A stretch of 64,000 nucleotides of DNA, from assembly GCA_050253075.1 (NCBI GenBank), contig JBFWJS010000001.1, forward strand, positions 320,001 through 384,000. The letters are read 5' to 3'. Of this stretch, positions 1-9,197 are shown piece by piece. The notes under the pieces were generated by a model, which saw only the letters and a program-made list of their open reading frames with translations, had not been told where the DNA came from and did no database searches. Made by a program: the position numbers and the translations under genes. Source of the stretch: Deferribacterales bacterium. Lineage in GTDB: Bacteria; Chrysiogenota; Deferribacteres; Deferribacterales; Geovibrionaceae. Position 1 is the stretch's first letter; the number at the start of each line of letters is the position of its first letter.

Positions 1-640
1 GCAGGCGTGAGCTCTCGGACTCGTATGCTATGCGGAACGGTATGCCCGCTTTGGTAAGCTGGCTTATCCCCGCCTTTCTCACAAGGCAGTAGTCCGGATA
101 TATCGCCAGAGGCACTTCGCCCCCGCTGTATGTGTAACTGCGGGATGCCATCCATATCATCGGCTCATACCGAAGGAGGTGCCCGCTTGATTCATACTCC
201 GCGAGGATGGCAATATCAAGCAACTTTTCGTCAATTCTTTGTTTGAGCTCCTGACTCGGCTTGCTGACAACGTTTACGCTGATATCGGGGAACTTCTCGG
301 CGAAGCCCGACAATATCTTTGTAAAGACTATCGGCGTATATTCATCGGAAAGTCCGAAGTTCACAGTACCTTTCAGGCTGGTCTCCGACATGGCGAGGCA
401 GGCTTCATCGTGGGAACGCAGGATGCAGGAGGCGTGCAGCATCAGCTTCTCCCCTGCGGAGGTGAGTGTGAGCGTTTTGCCGTTTTGCATGAAGAGAGGC
501 TTCCCAATCTCATCGCTGAGCCGCTTCATCTGAAGGCTGACAGCGGACTGGGTCTTGAAAAGCCTCTCCGATGCTCTGGTGAAGTTCATCTCCTCCACGA
601 CTACAGAAAATGTCCGAAGGAGATCTATGGATAATTGCAT
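1..640 (-). CDS. LysR-family transcriptional regulator (3' end runs off the window)
   Basis: Manual translation of the minus strand from ATG at 640: MQLSIDLLRTFSVVVEEMNFTRASERLFKTQSAVSLQMKRL, a classic LysR HTH. The frame is open to the window edge and absent from the ORF track. Confidence 0.92.
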   Translation of the reverse strand, partial: MQLSIDLLRTFSVVVEEMNFTRASERLFKTQSAVSLQMKRLSDEIGKPLFMQNGKTLTLTSAGEKLMLHASCILRSHDEACLAMSETSLKGTVNFGLSDEYTPIVFTKILSGFAEKFPDISVNVVSKPSQELKQRIDEKLLDIAILAEYESSGHLLRYEPMIWMASRSYTYSGGEVPLAIYPDYCLVRKAGISQLTKAGIPFRIAYESESSRL

Positions 641-647
641 AGCGCAC

Positions 648-695
648 CATAATATATTTTTATGATAATGTCAAAAACCATTAATTAGACTTATG
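648..695. promoter_or_regulatory. Two LysR-type T-N11-A boxes in the divergent promoter
   Basis: CATAA-N7-TTATG (648-664) and CATTA-N7-TTATG (679-695), 31 bp apart, between the divergent lysR and CMD genes. Confidence 0.6.
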
Positions 696-733
696 GTTAT
701 TTTTATATTAGCCTCTTAGAAAAGGAGGCAACT

Positions 734-1075
734 ATGAGTGTAGTTTCGAAACAGGACAGAACCAGAAAAGGCTTCATGGATTTCTTTAACGAGCAGGGGG
801 GCGAGCTCTCCGAGATGTTCCTCTCTCACTATGCCAAGACATACGAAGACGGCATCTTCAGCGCAAAGGTAAAGAGGCTGATGGCTATGATAGGCGCACT
901 GGCTGCGGGCTGTGAGGGATGTATAGTCGGGCAGTGCCGCAGAGCAATAGACCTCGGCGCAACCAGAGCAGAGATAATCGAGGCGTGCGGAGTGGTCGTT
1001 TCCCTCGGCGGGACAATGGCAGGCTCCAGGGTGTCTCTCATCATGCAGGTGATGGAAGAGCTTGAAGTAAAATAA
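734..1075 (+). CDS. Carboxymuconolactone decarboxylase / AhpD-like protein
   Basis: DGIFSAKVKRLMA...GCEGC (CxxC)...GATRAEIIEA; RBS AAGGAGG. Confidence 0.85.
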   Translation: MSVVSKQDRTRKGFMDFFNEQGGELSEMFLSHYAKTYEDGIFSAKVKRLMAMIGALAAGCEGCIVGQCRRAIDLGATRAEIIEACGVVVSLGGTMAGSRVSLIMQVMEELEVK

Positions 1076-1114
1076 TCTTGCTTTTGGGCAGAGCCGGGAA
1101 TAACATAAGCTGAT

Positions 1115-2020
1115 ATGGGATTTATCATTCTGCTTACTCAGTCGGTTCTGCCTATATTCATCATATTAGGCATAGCCAATTTTTATTACCGTAAATTCAA
1201 GCCCGACATTGCCCAGCTTGTAAACGTTTCTTTATACGTTTTTGTCCCTTCGGTGGTTTTCCACTCTATGGTGAGGGAGAAGATAGGCATACTCGAACTT
1301 GGCAAATACCTTCTGCTTATGGTGCTGGTGACTGCCGCCCTGATGCTGGTGGGGCACATCGGCGGAAAGATGCTGAGGCTTTCGAAAAGCAACGTGACGC
1401 TCTTTATGCTCAGTGTTTCGATGATAAATATAGGCAATTTCGGCGTACCGCTCATCTTTTTCACATACGGAGATGCGGGCACGAACCCTTCGATACTGAC
1501 ATTTGTGGCGTTTAACCTGCCTCTGGTGACCATCGCCATATACCTTTCCAGTAATGAATCCACGATGAAAGGCGCTTTGAAAGATGTGATGAGGATACCG
1601 ATATTTCACGCATCCGTAGTAGCGATAATAATAAACAGCCTCGCCATACCTGTCCCCGATACTATTCTGAAGCTGACGGGTTTCTTAGGTCAGGCGGCGT
1701 TCCCTTTTGTGATATTCATCCTCGGTCTGCAGCTGGCTACGATAAAGCTGAACCCGGGGATAATGAAGGTCGCCATGACATCCGTGATAATAAGGCTCGG
1801 CGTTTCGCCGTTCATAGCGGCGGCTTTCCTGCATCTGCTCTCTTTCGAGGGGCTCCCCTATTCTGTCACGATGGTACAGATAGCAGGGCCTTCGGCTCTG
1901 ATGCCTCTGATGTATGCTATTAAATTCGGCAAGAATGCCGACCTGCTCGCCGCTGCCATACTTCTCAGCACGGCTCTCTCCGCACTGACGCTCCCTCTCG
2001 TAATATACCTCGTGGGCTAG
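1115..2020 (+). CDS. AEC (auxin efflux carrier) family transporter
   Basis: Hydrophobic 301 aa protein with NIGNFGVP motif and C-terminal 'STALSALTLP'. Confidence 0.85.
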   Translation: MGFIILLTQSVLPIFIILGIANFYYRKFKPDIAQLVNVSLYVFVPSVVFHSMVREKIGILELGKYLLLMVLVTAALMLVGHIGGKMLRLSKSNVTLFMLSVSMINIGNFGVPLIFFTYGDAGTNPSILTFVAFNLPLVTIAIYLSSNESTMKGALKDVMRIPIFHASVVAIIINSLAIPVPDTILKLTGFLGQAAFPFVIFILGLQLATIKLNPGIMKVAMTSVIIRLGVSPFIAAAFLHLLSFEGLPYSVTMVQIAGPSALMPLMYAIKFGKNADLLAAAILLSTALSALTLPLVIYLVG

Positions 2021-2023
2021 CCT

Positions 2024-2677
2024 CTACCCCAGAGCTTTGGAGATATCCAGCGATGCCTTGAACCCGCTGATGAGGTGTCTCGGCTTTCTGTTTATCTTCT
2101 CGGTCAGCTTGTCTGCCAGCTTATGCATCTCTTCCCTGTTGTCCGCTGTCTGTGTGAGGAATCCCGCCTCCAGCATGAATTCCGCATCGAAAGCATTCCC
2201 CGAAAGGAAGAATCGGCTGGCGTACCCGCTCTTCATCAGCCTCGGCACGGACTGTGTCCCGCCGAAACCTGTGATGATGCCGAGCTTTGAGCCGGGGTGT
2301 GCAAATTTGCTCTGTTTTGTCGCTATGCGCAGGTCGCACGCTGAAGCAAAATCAAGCCCCCCGCCCATGCAGAACCCGTCTATCTCTGCCACCACCACCT
2401 GAGGCGTGGTACGCAGAAGCCCGAAGAATGTATTCCCCAGCCTCGAAAACCATTTGGCATCAAAGCCCGAGTAAGTAAACATCGTCTTAAGATCCGCACC
2501 GACGGCAAAGCATCTGTTGTGTCCGATGATGCGCATCACCTTCGCAGGGGTGTCCTGCATTTTACGCACGGCAGAGATAAGCTGTTTCAGCGTCTCCACG
2601 TCTAATATGGTAAACTGCCCTTCGGCAGGTTTCATCTCTATATAGGCTGTCAGCCCGTCTACTCTTGTCTCTATCAT
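2024..2677 (-). CDS. Enoyl-CoA hydratase/isomerase (crotonase) family protein
   Basis: FAVGADL, CMGGGLDFASACD, GFGGTQ motifs; start moved to MIETRV directly after the upstream stop. Confidence 0.85.
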   Translation of the reverse strand: MIETRVDGLTAYIEMKPAEGQFTILDVETLKQLISAVRKMQDTPAKVMRIIGHNRCFAVGADLKTMFTYSGFDAKWFSRLGNTFFGLLRTTPQVVVAEIDGFCMGGGLDFASACDLRIATKQSKFAHPGSKLGIITGFGGTQSVPRLMKSGYASRFFLSGNAFDAEFMLEAGFLTQTADNREEMHKLADKLTEKINRKPRHLISGFKASLDISKALG

Positions 2678-2678
2678 A

Positions 2679-3479
2679 TCAGAACCTGTAGTCTTCCCAT
2701 CTGTCTTTGAACTCCGCTTCACGCTTTTCGATGAATGCTTTCATCCCTTCGCTTTTGTCGTAAGTGGTAAAGCAGAAGGTGAACGCATTCTGCTCTATCA
2801 GGAGCCCCTTGTCGAAGTCCATATCGACGGTATTGTTTATCGTCTCTTTGGCGAGACCGATGGCGAAAGAGCTGCGTGTTGCGATCAGCCCGCAGAACTC
2901 CTCTGCCTTTTCATCCATGACGGCCTTGTCCGTGAATATCTTTGTGACCATGCCTTTCTCGAAAAGTTCTTCGGGTGTGACACTGTCCCCCGTGAAGACG
3001 AGGTATTTCACGAATGATTCGTATATCTTTCTCGATGCGAGCTGTGTGCCTCCGAAGCCCGGCATAAAGCCGAACTCTGTCTCGGGGAATCCGAAACGGC
3101 TGTGCGCCGTGGCGAAAAGCATGTCGCATGCAAGCCCCAGCTCAAACGCAGGGCCGAAGCAGTCGCCGTCCACAAGCATCAGCACGGGCTTCTTCATCCC
3201 TCTGATGGTGCTTATGATGCGCTGACCCCTGAGGTTATAGTTCTTCGCCTCTATGTGGTCGAGCTTTTCGAGCTTTGCTATATTATGCCCACGGGAGAAG
3301 ACCCCCTCCTGCCCGCTTTCTATCACTATTATATCTGCATCTCTGAGCCCTTCTCCTTCCGAGAGGGCATCGAGCAGTGAATTCATCATATCCAGACAAA
3401 ATAAGTTCCCGTCCGTGGGGCATCCGAGCCTGATGTGATAGGCTCTGTTCTTTAATCCTGTTTCAAGAGTGTTTTTCAT
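2679..3479 (-). CDS. Enoyl-CoA hydratase/isomerase (crotonase) family protein
   Basis: FELGLACD, FGFPE, PGFGGTQ, C-terminal DKSEGMKAFIEKR. Confidence 0.88.
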   Translation of the reverse strand: MKNTLETGLKNRAYHIRLGCPTDGNLFCLDMMNSLLDALSEGEGLRDADIIVIESGQEGVFSRGHNIAKLEKLDHIEAKNYNLRGQRIISTIRGMKKPVLMLVDGDCFGPAFELGLACDMLFATAHSRFGFPETEFGFMPGFGGTQLASRKIYESFVKYLVFTGDSVTPEELFEKGMVTKIFTDKAVMDEKAEEFCGLIATRSSFAIGLAKETINNTVDMDFDKGLLIEQNAFTFCFTTYDKSEGMKAFIEKREAEFKDRWEDYRF

Positions 3480-3782
3480 CTAAATCCTCGTCAAAATAAC
3501 AATTAATAAGAATACTAATATGGCAATGCAGTAAACTGCGTATTTTACAGGTTTGGCAAATATGAAGTACAGCGACAGGTATATAAGCACCAGTGCGGGC
3601 GTGCTGATCATTATGTATGTACCGATATACATGATGCCTGCGCCGTTTCGAAAGAAGTTCTGCATGGTGACATGCTCGTCGTACAGACCAAAGAAGGACA
3701 TGACGACACCCGCAAACATGAACCCCAGCGCAGAAAGCACGCCTAAGCGCATCACCTTTGAAACACCTGATTCGGGCATCAT
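3480..3782 (-). CDS. DUF1634-like small membrane protein
   Basis: 3 TM segments with 'MISTP' motif; overlaps the stop of the upstream TSUP gene, a usual pairing. Confidence 0.6.
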   Translation of the reverse strand: MMPESGVSKVMRLGVLSALGFMFAGVVMSFFGLYDEHVTMQNFFRNGAGIMYIGTYIMISTPALVLIYLSLYFIFAKPVKYAVYCIAILVFLLIVILTRI

Positions 3783-4603
3783 GACATCACCGCCTTATAA
3801 ACCATCTGCAGGGCGACAAATATCACAAAGAGGATGAAGAACATCTTTATCCGCTTGTTCTGAACCTTTGCGAGACGCCCCGTGGCAAACTTTGACCCTG
3901 CGAATGCACCTATGACCATTGTGCCTGCTGCTGCGGGGTGAAAGAATCCTTTCATAAGATAAGGCACGGCACCCGCCGCCGCCGTGAAGCATATCATAAA
4001 GTTGCTCGTGGCTGTGGCAGCCTTCAGAGGCACACGGGAGATCACGTTCATAGCGGGCACCTTAAACACTCCGCCGCCGAGGCCGAGCATCCCCGAGGAT
4101 ATCCCTGCCAGAAAGGCGACTATCATACTCTTTTCAGGCTTGACCACGTGATACTGTTCAAGGTCTCCTGTGGAAGCGTTCAGGTATTCCCTGTCGAACT
4201 CGCCGGACACATCGGGCTTTAAAGTTTCGATGTCTTCACGCTCGGACTTCCTCCACATTATATATGCGGTGACAAACATCACCGCCGCAAAGACAGCCGA
4301 GAGAACCTTTCCGCTGATATTGACACTGGCGAATCCTCCGCCCACTGCACCGAGTATCGCAGCGAACTCCAGATACAGAGCCAGCTTTATATTCACCATA
4401 TTTTTAAGCATGTTAACTGATGTGATGCTGAGGCTGGAAGCCACAACGACAACGAGAGAGACGGCAACCGCCTCATGCACGGGAAACCCGAAAAAGACAA
4501 CAAGTATAGGCACAATGAGTGCGCCTCCGCCTATCCCCAGCAGATACGCCAGCACAGCCGAAGCAAACCCGAGCACCAAAAGCCCCGCAAGCTCTAAGAC
4601 CAA
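3779..4603 (-). CDS. TSUP (TauE/SafE) sulfite exporter family protein
   Basis: LGIGGGALIVP and GMLGLGGGVFKVP repeats, ATATSNF. Confidence 0.88.
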   Translation of the reverse strand: MVLELAGLLVLGFASAVLAYLLGIGGGALIVPILVVFFGFPVHEAVAVSLVVVVASSLSITSVNMLKNMVNIKLALYLEFAAILGAVGGGFASVNISGKVLSAVFAAVMFVTAYIMWRKSEREDIETLKPDVSGEFDREYLNASTGDLEQYHVVKPEKSMIVAFLAGISSGMLGLGGGVFKVPAMNVISRVPLKAATATSNFMICFTAAAGAVPYLMKGFFHPAAAGTMVIGAFAGSKFATGRLAKVQNKRIKMFFILFVIFVALQMVYKAVMS

Positions 4604-4639
4604 TTTAAGACCTCTCGATTTAGTAAACGGTATAGTTTA

Positions 4640-5503
4640 CTACTTTTTTCCCGTCAGATAAACACCGAATCCTACTAAGCACATACTGACGGCATCCATA
4701 TATGTGAGGGTCTCGCCCAGAATGAAATAAGCGACGAAGCCCGTGAAAACGGGCAGACTGTAATATACAGCACCTGTGCGGGCAGCGCCTATCATGGTGA
4801 CAGCCCTGTTCCAAAACATATAGGAGGCAAATGATGCAAAAGCACCTATGTATATAAAGCTCAGCACCTGCTTTGTGCCGAAGTTTGTCGGGGCGAAGAA
4901 GAACTCCTGCACCAGATAAACAGGCAGAAGCATCAGAAAGCCGAGTACGAATGTCACAAAGATAAGGGCGTTTATGCTTATCTCCACGGGCTTTTTCCTC
5001 ACCAGAACGGTATATGTGGCGAATATCCCCGCAGCGGCGAGCATTATAAAATCACCGACGGCGACATTCATATTAAGTATGCGCATAGGCGAACCGTCCG
5101 TGATAAGGAGCAGTATGCCGAACATCGCAACGCAAAACCCCGCAAGGTTCACCATGCTCAGCTTCTCTCCGCTGATGAGTGCGAATATTAATATCACGAC
5201 GGGCGTGACGGTGGATATCACTGCTATGTTAAACGCTGTGGTAGTGTGCGCCGCCGTGTATAGCAGTGTGTTGAAGAGTGCCACCCCGATGAAAGCCAGA
5301 AGCGTAAGATAACGCCAGTATTTCCGCACGTGTTTCCGCTCTCTGCGGTATGCGGGGTATGTGGCGGGTATACAGACCAGAAGGGCGACAGCCCACCGCC
5401 AGAAAGCGACGCTTATGGCAGGCTCGCTCTCCGCAAGGAAACGTGCCGCAACGGCATTGCCCGACCATATCAGAGTAGCCAGAAGTGCGTATAGATATCC
5501 CAT
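4640..5503 (-). CDS. DMT/EamA family transporter
   Basis: IWSGNAVAAR, FWRW, two EamA halves, LGETL. Confidence 0.88.
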   Translation of the reverse strand: MGYLYALLATLIWSGNAVAARFLAESEPAISVAFWRWAVALLVCIPATYPAYRRERKHVRKYWRYLTLLAFIGVALFNTLLYTAAHTTTAFNIAVISTVTPVVILIFALISGEKLSMVNLAGFCVAMFGILLLITDGSPMRILNMNVAVGDFIMLAAAGIFATYTVLVRKKPVEISINALIFVTFVLGFLMLLPVYLVQEFFFAPTNFGTKQVLSFIYIGAFASFASYMFWNRAVTMIGAARTGAVYYSLPVFTGFVAYFILGETLTYMDAVSMCLVGFGVYLTGKK

Positions 5504-5515
5504 CGATCACCTTAT

Positions 5516-5621
5516 GTCATTCTGAGGAAGAATTTTATATTCTGACGTGAGAATCTAAGCCTGATGTAAACAAATAACCTTCGGGCTGAGATTGCCGTGT
5601 CGCGATGCTCCTCGCAATGAC
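5516..5621. repeat. GTCAT...ATGAC-bounded palindromic intergenic element (REP/RPE-like), copy 1
   Basis: GTCATTCTGAGG...GAATCT-[stem]-GAGATTGCC...CTCGCAATGAC; related copies elsewhere in the window. Confidence 0.7.
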
Positions 5622-5755
5622 GTTAATAAATTATTAGATAAACAGCATCTGCCGTATGTGCAGAGCACTCGGCATACCACCTTATATACAGCCTCAAAGA
5701 GCTAACTTTGTTGACAAATACGGGGATATGTTTATATTCGCATAAAAGAATTAGG

Positions 5756-6817
5756 ATGGCGACATTGAAAATATTATTTTTTAATCCTTCGTATATGGGT
5801 GATTCCGTACTCACGACACCACTTATCAAAGCCGTGAAAAAGCGCTACCCCGACAGCTATATAGCTTTCTGTGTGAGACCAGAGAACGCACAGCTCTTCG
5901 AGGGAGTTGATTTTATCGACGAGGTCATCACCTTTGATAAAAGGCACAGCGAAAGCGGTCTGAAAGGCACGCTCAGCTTCGTACATAAAATACGCGAGAA
6001 AAAGTTCGACATGGTCTTTTCCCCGCATATGTCCCTGCGCACCAGCATTATAATGTACCTCTCACACATCCCCGAGAGGATAGGATTTGTGGAGAGTCCA
6101 TTTTCCACATGCTACAGCAAAAACTGCGCAAAGGACATGACACTGCACGAGGTGGAGAGATACCTTCTCCTTTACTTCATAGAGTTCAACGAATTCCCCG
6201 GCAAGGTTATCATGCCCGAGGTATACGTGGACAAAGAGCTTCAGGCGAAATACAAAGCAGAACTGCCCGAGGGCAAGCTGGTCGGTATCAACGCAGGGAG
6301 CGTGTGGAATACTAAAAAGTGGCCCGCAGCAAAATTTGCCGAGGTGGCGGACAGCCTTAAAGAGAGAGGCTATGTGCCTGTCATCATAGGCTCGCCCGAC
6401 GACAAGCCCGACGTGGACAAGCTGATGCTCGCTGCGAAGTATGACCATATCAACTACTGCGGTAAAACCAGCCTGAGAGAGCTCCCCGCTCTGATAGCGA
6501 ACTTCAGCTATCTGGTGACAAACGACAGCGGATCAATGCACATAGCCACTGCATGCGGTGTGCCGTGTATCGCCATATTCGGCCCCACTGTCAAGGAACT
6601 AGGATTCTATCCATACGACGAACAGTCCCTCGTGGCGGAGATACAGGGTCTGCCTTGCCGTCCATGCGGAAAGCACGGCGGAAACAAATGCCCGAAAGGA
6701 CATTTCAAATGTATGGAAGAGATATCACCTGCGAATGTTCTGGCGCTCTTCGGCGAAGTTTCGAAACCTATCGAACAGCCTAGAATACCTAAATATAAAA
6801 CCGAACCGGTCGACTAG
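5756..6817 (+). CDS. waaF: Lipopolysaccharide heptosyltransferase II (GT9)
   Basis: PSYMGDSVLTTP, GSVWNTKKWP, TNDSGSMHIA, FGPT, CRPC...CPKGHFKCM. Confidence 0.8.
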   Translation: MATLKILFFNPSYMGDSVLTTPLIKAVKKRYPDSYIAFCVRPENAQLFEGVDFIDEVITFDKRHSESGLKGTLSFVHKIREKKFDMVFSPHMSLRTSIIMYLSHIPERIGFVESPFSTCYSKNCAKDMTLHEVERYLLLYFIEFNEFPGKVIMPEVYVDKELQAKYKAELPEGKLVGINAGSVWNTKKWPAAKFAEVADSLKERGYVPVIIGSPDDKPDVDKLMLAAKYDHINYCGKTSLRELPALIANFSYLVTNDSGSMHIATACGVPCIAIFGPTVKELGFYPYDEQSLVAEIQGLPCRPCGKHGGNKCPKGHFKCMEEISPANVLALFGEVSKPIEQPRIPKYKTEPVD

Positions 6818-7762
6818 ATGAAGCTCCTCTTTGTACGCTTCAGCTCCTTCGGAGACGTGATACTCACCACGGGTATAATGAACTATGTCAGCAGGATGAT
6901 CCCCGATGCGGAGATCGACATAATGACATACCGTCAGTATCTCCCCGTGTTTGAGAACCTCCCCTTTGTACATAACGTCATCGACTATGAAAAGTCCAAA
7001 GGGATATCCGAATACTGCTATGTCGTACAGAACGAGACAGAAGACCACGACTATATATTTGACCTGCATAACAAGCTCAGGTCAAAATTCCTTAAATTTC
7101 ACTGCGCTGCGGACTATTTCGTCTATCAGAAGGACTCAAAAGCACGCCGTGCATACGTGAAAAGACGCAAACCCGACGATCGCCTTAACGTACACGTAGT
7201 TCAGAAATACTTTGAACCCGTCATGAAGCCACTCGGGCTGGAAATGCCTGATATAAACGAGCTCCGCCCCGTATTGATACGCCATGTGGAGCGTGACGAG
7301 AAGCGTGTCTTCATACATCCTTTTGCCAGCTTCGCCACAAAGGCATATCCAAAATCTGCCGAGCTCGCCGAGATCCTCTTAGGCAAGGGGTACACACCCG
7401 TATTCGCAGGGATGGGCAAAGCGCCCGATGTGAAAGGCATAGTGGATGAAACGGGCGAAAAGAACCTTTCCGACATGCTGGATATCGTGGCATCATGCGG
7501 ATCGTGTATATCATCCGACTCGGGTCCGATGCACGCTGCCATAGGCCTCGGACTGCCCACAGTGGGCATATTCGGCTCTACGACGAAGCACTTCGGATTT
7601 TACCCCGAGTTTGATAAATGTGCTGTTTTAGAAGATAATTCGCTGGAATGCCGTCCGTGCGATGTGCACGGTCTTAATAAATGCCCGAAAGGCCACTTCA
7701 ACTGCATGAACAACCTGAAGCCTGAATCCGCCGTGGAAATGCTGGAGGGGCTGTTAGGCTAA
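6818..7762 (+). CDS. Glycosyltransferase family 9 (heptosyltransferase-like)
   Basis: RFSSFGDVILT, SSDSGPMHAA, FGST, CRPC motif; directly adjacent to waaF. Confidence 0.88.
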   Translation: MKLLFVRFSSFGDVILTTGIMNYVSRMIPDAEIDIMTYRQYLPVFENLPFVHNVIDYEKSKGISEYCYVVQNETEDHDYIFDLHNKLRSKFLKFHCAADYFVYQKDSKARRAYVKRRKPDDRLNVHVVQKYFEPVMKPLGLEMPDINELRPVLIRHVERDEKRVFIHPFASFATKAYPKSAELAEILLGKGYTPVFAGMGKAPDVKGIVDETGEKNLSDMLDIVASCGSCISSDSGPMHAAIGLGLPTVGIFGSTTKHFGFYPEFDKCAVLEDNSLECRPCDVHGLNKCPKGHFNCMNNLKPESAVEMLEGLLG

Positions 7763-8568
7763 CGCCTGTGCCCTCTGATGCTCGAAGGAGGGAAGCCGAA
7801 TCTGGTGCGGAATCTGCCCGCAAACCTCGACGGAGAATCATACCCCACAGCTATAGCTATCTCTGTGATGCTCATATCCGTACACTGAAGCAAATTCATT
7901 GCGCTCACCATGCGCACATCCTGAACTATCCCCGCTATTGTCTCGCCGTTTATTAGCAGTTTCCTGCGGAGGGTCGATTCGCTCATGCCCAGCTCACGGC
8001 AGATGTCTGCGCTGTTCCATTTCCTTGCAATATCCTGCTCTATGACGCTGCGCACACGCACTGATATACCGCTCTCTTTTTTAAACAGGCTGAAGCAGCC
8101 CATCTCTGTCAGCCAGTATAAGAGCTCTGCCATGCGGTGCTTCTTTATGCTTTCGGGGATGTCTGCATCCTCTGTGAAAAGCCTCCAGCATGCATCGAAG
8201 CTCTCTCTGAAATGACTGCCGACATCTTCGGCAACATAGACCACTTCGTCCCCTTCACTGCTCTGTTTCTTTTCATATTCTTTCAGCACATCGTCATGGA
8301 ATGCTATCCATCTGGCACGATAAACGTCGTCTTCGGCAGAGGTGTTCACCGCATCGATGCGTGTATTTCCGCAAAGGACTGCTATCCCCCCTGCATCCGC
8401 CGTAAATTCATGCCCGTGCTCGATGAAGACCTTTGTCCCTTTTTCAACGAGTATCACCACGGGCTGACCGATGAAGAGACCCCGAAGGGTCTCTCCGCAA
8501 TCCTGTATGATGCTGCCCGCTGCTCCGAGCCCGTCTTTCATCCTGATGGTTCTTTGCGTTTCTTTCAT
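7759..8568 (-). CDS. AraC-family transcriptional regulator (YbcM-like)
   Basis: C-terminal MSESTLRRKL...IAIAVGYDSPSRFAGRFRTRFG. Confidence 0.9.
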   Translation of the reverse strand: MKETQRTIRMKDGLGAAGSIIQDCGETLRGLFIGQPVVILVEKGTKVFIEHGHEFTADAGGIAVLCGNTRIDAVNTSAEDDVYRARWIAFHDDVLKEYEKKQSSEGDEVVYVAEDVGSHFRESFDACWRLFTEDADIPESIKKHRMAELLYWLTEMGCFSLFKKESGISVRVRSVIEQDIARKWNSADICRELGMSESTLRRKLLINGETIAGIVQDVRMVSAMNLLQCTDMSITEIAIAVGYDSPSRFAGRFRTRFGFPPSSIRGHRR

Positions 8569-8578
8569 CTTTTACCGT

Positions 8579-9118
8579 TTAACGTCCGTACATTATGATT
8601 GTCTCTGCGCTGGCTATTGCATTCGCCCTTGTCATAAAGCCGACGAGAGCCGCAGATGAATCCTTCGGCACTTCGAGCTTATTGAGCTTCATGGCGTAAA
8701 GGGTAAAGATGTATCTGTGAGGTTTGTCGCCCACAGGAGGACATGGCCCGCCGTATGCATATGTGCCGTAGTCGTTGCGCATATTCACTGCGCCCTTCGG
8801 CATTGCTCCGCCCTCATTTCCTGCGCCCTCTGCCAGCTTAGATGCATCCGCAGGGATGTTTATCGCCACCCAGTGCCACCAGCCGGAGCCCGTAGGTGCG
8901 TCGGGGTCATAGACATTCAGCACAAAGCTCTTTGTGCCTTCGGGGGCGTTCTGCCACTTTATCATCGGGGATATATTCTCACCCGTACATCCGAAACCGC
9001 CGAAGACGCTCTTTTCCGCAAAGACTCCGCCGACATTATCCACATTTACGGTGAAATCGCCCGCAAATGCAAAAGCGGATGTAATGATCATTATAAAAGC
9101 TAAGATTGATTTTTTCAT
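8579..9118 (-). CDS. YbhB/YbcL (PEBP, Raf kinase inhibitor-like) exported protein
   Basis: Signal peptide; GENISP, YDPDAPTGSGWWHW, YGGPCPP, HRY. Confidence 0.93.
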   Translation of the reverse strand: MKKSILAFIMIITSAFAFAGDFTVNVDNVGGVFAEKSVFGGFGCTGENISPMIKWQNAPEGTKSFVLNVYDPDAPTGSGWWHWVAINIPADASKLAEGAGNEGGAMPKGAVNMRNDYGTYAYGGPCPPVGDKPHRYIFTLYAMKLNKLEVPKDSSAALVGFMTRANAIASAETIIMYGR

Positions 9119-9197
9119 GTCAGCCTCCTTGTATGAATAATAGGCTGAAAAAGATATAATTACCGCTCTGTTTCGGTCAGATTATGTGCCGATCCTT

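Noticed and set aside
239..634. Plus-strand ORFs of 131 and 90 aa at the window start
   Set aside because: They are shadows of the real minus-strand LysR gene
7759..9118. ybcL/ybcM-like pair as a prophage marker
   Set aside because: No integrase, structural phage genes or att sites nearby; treated as an ordinary regulator-target pair
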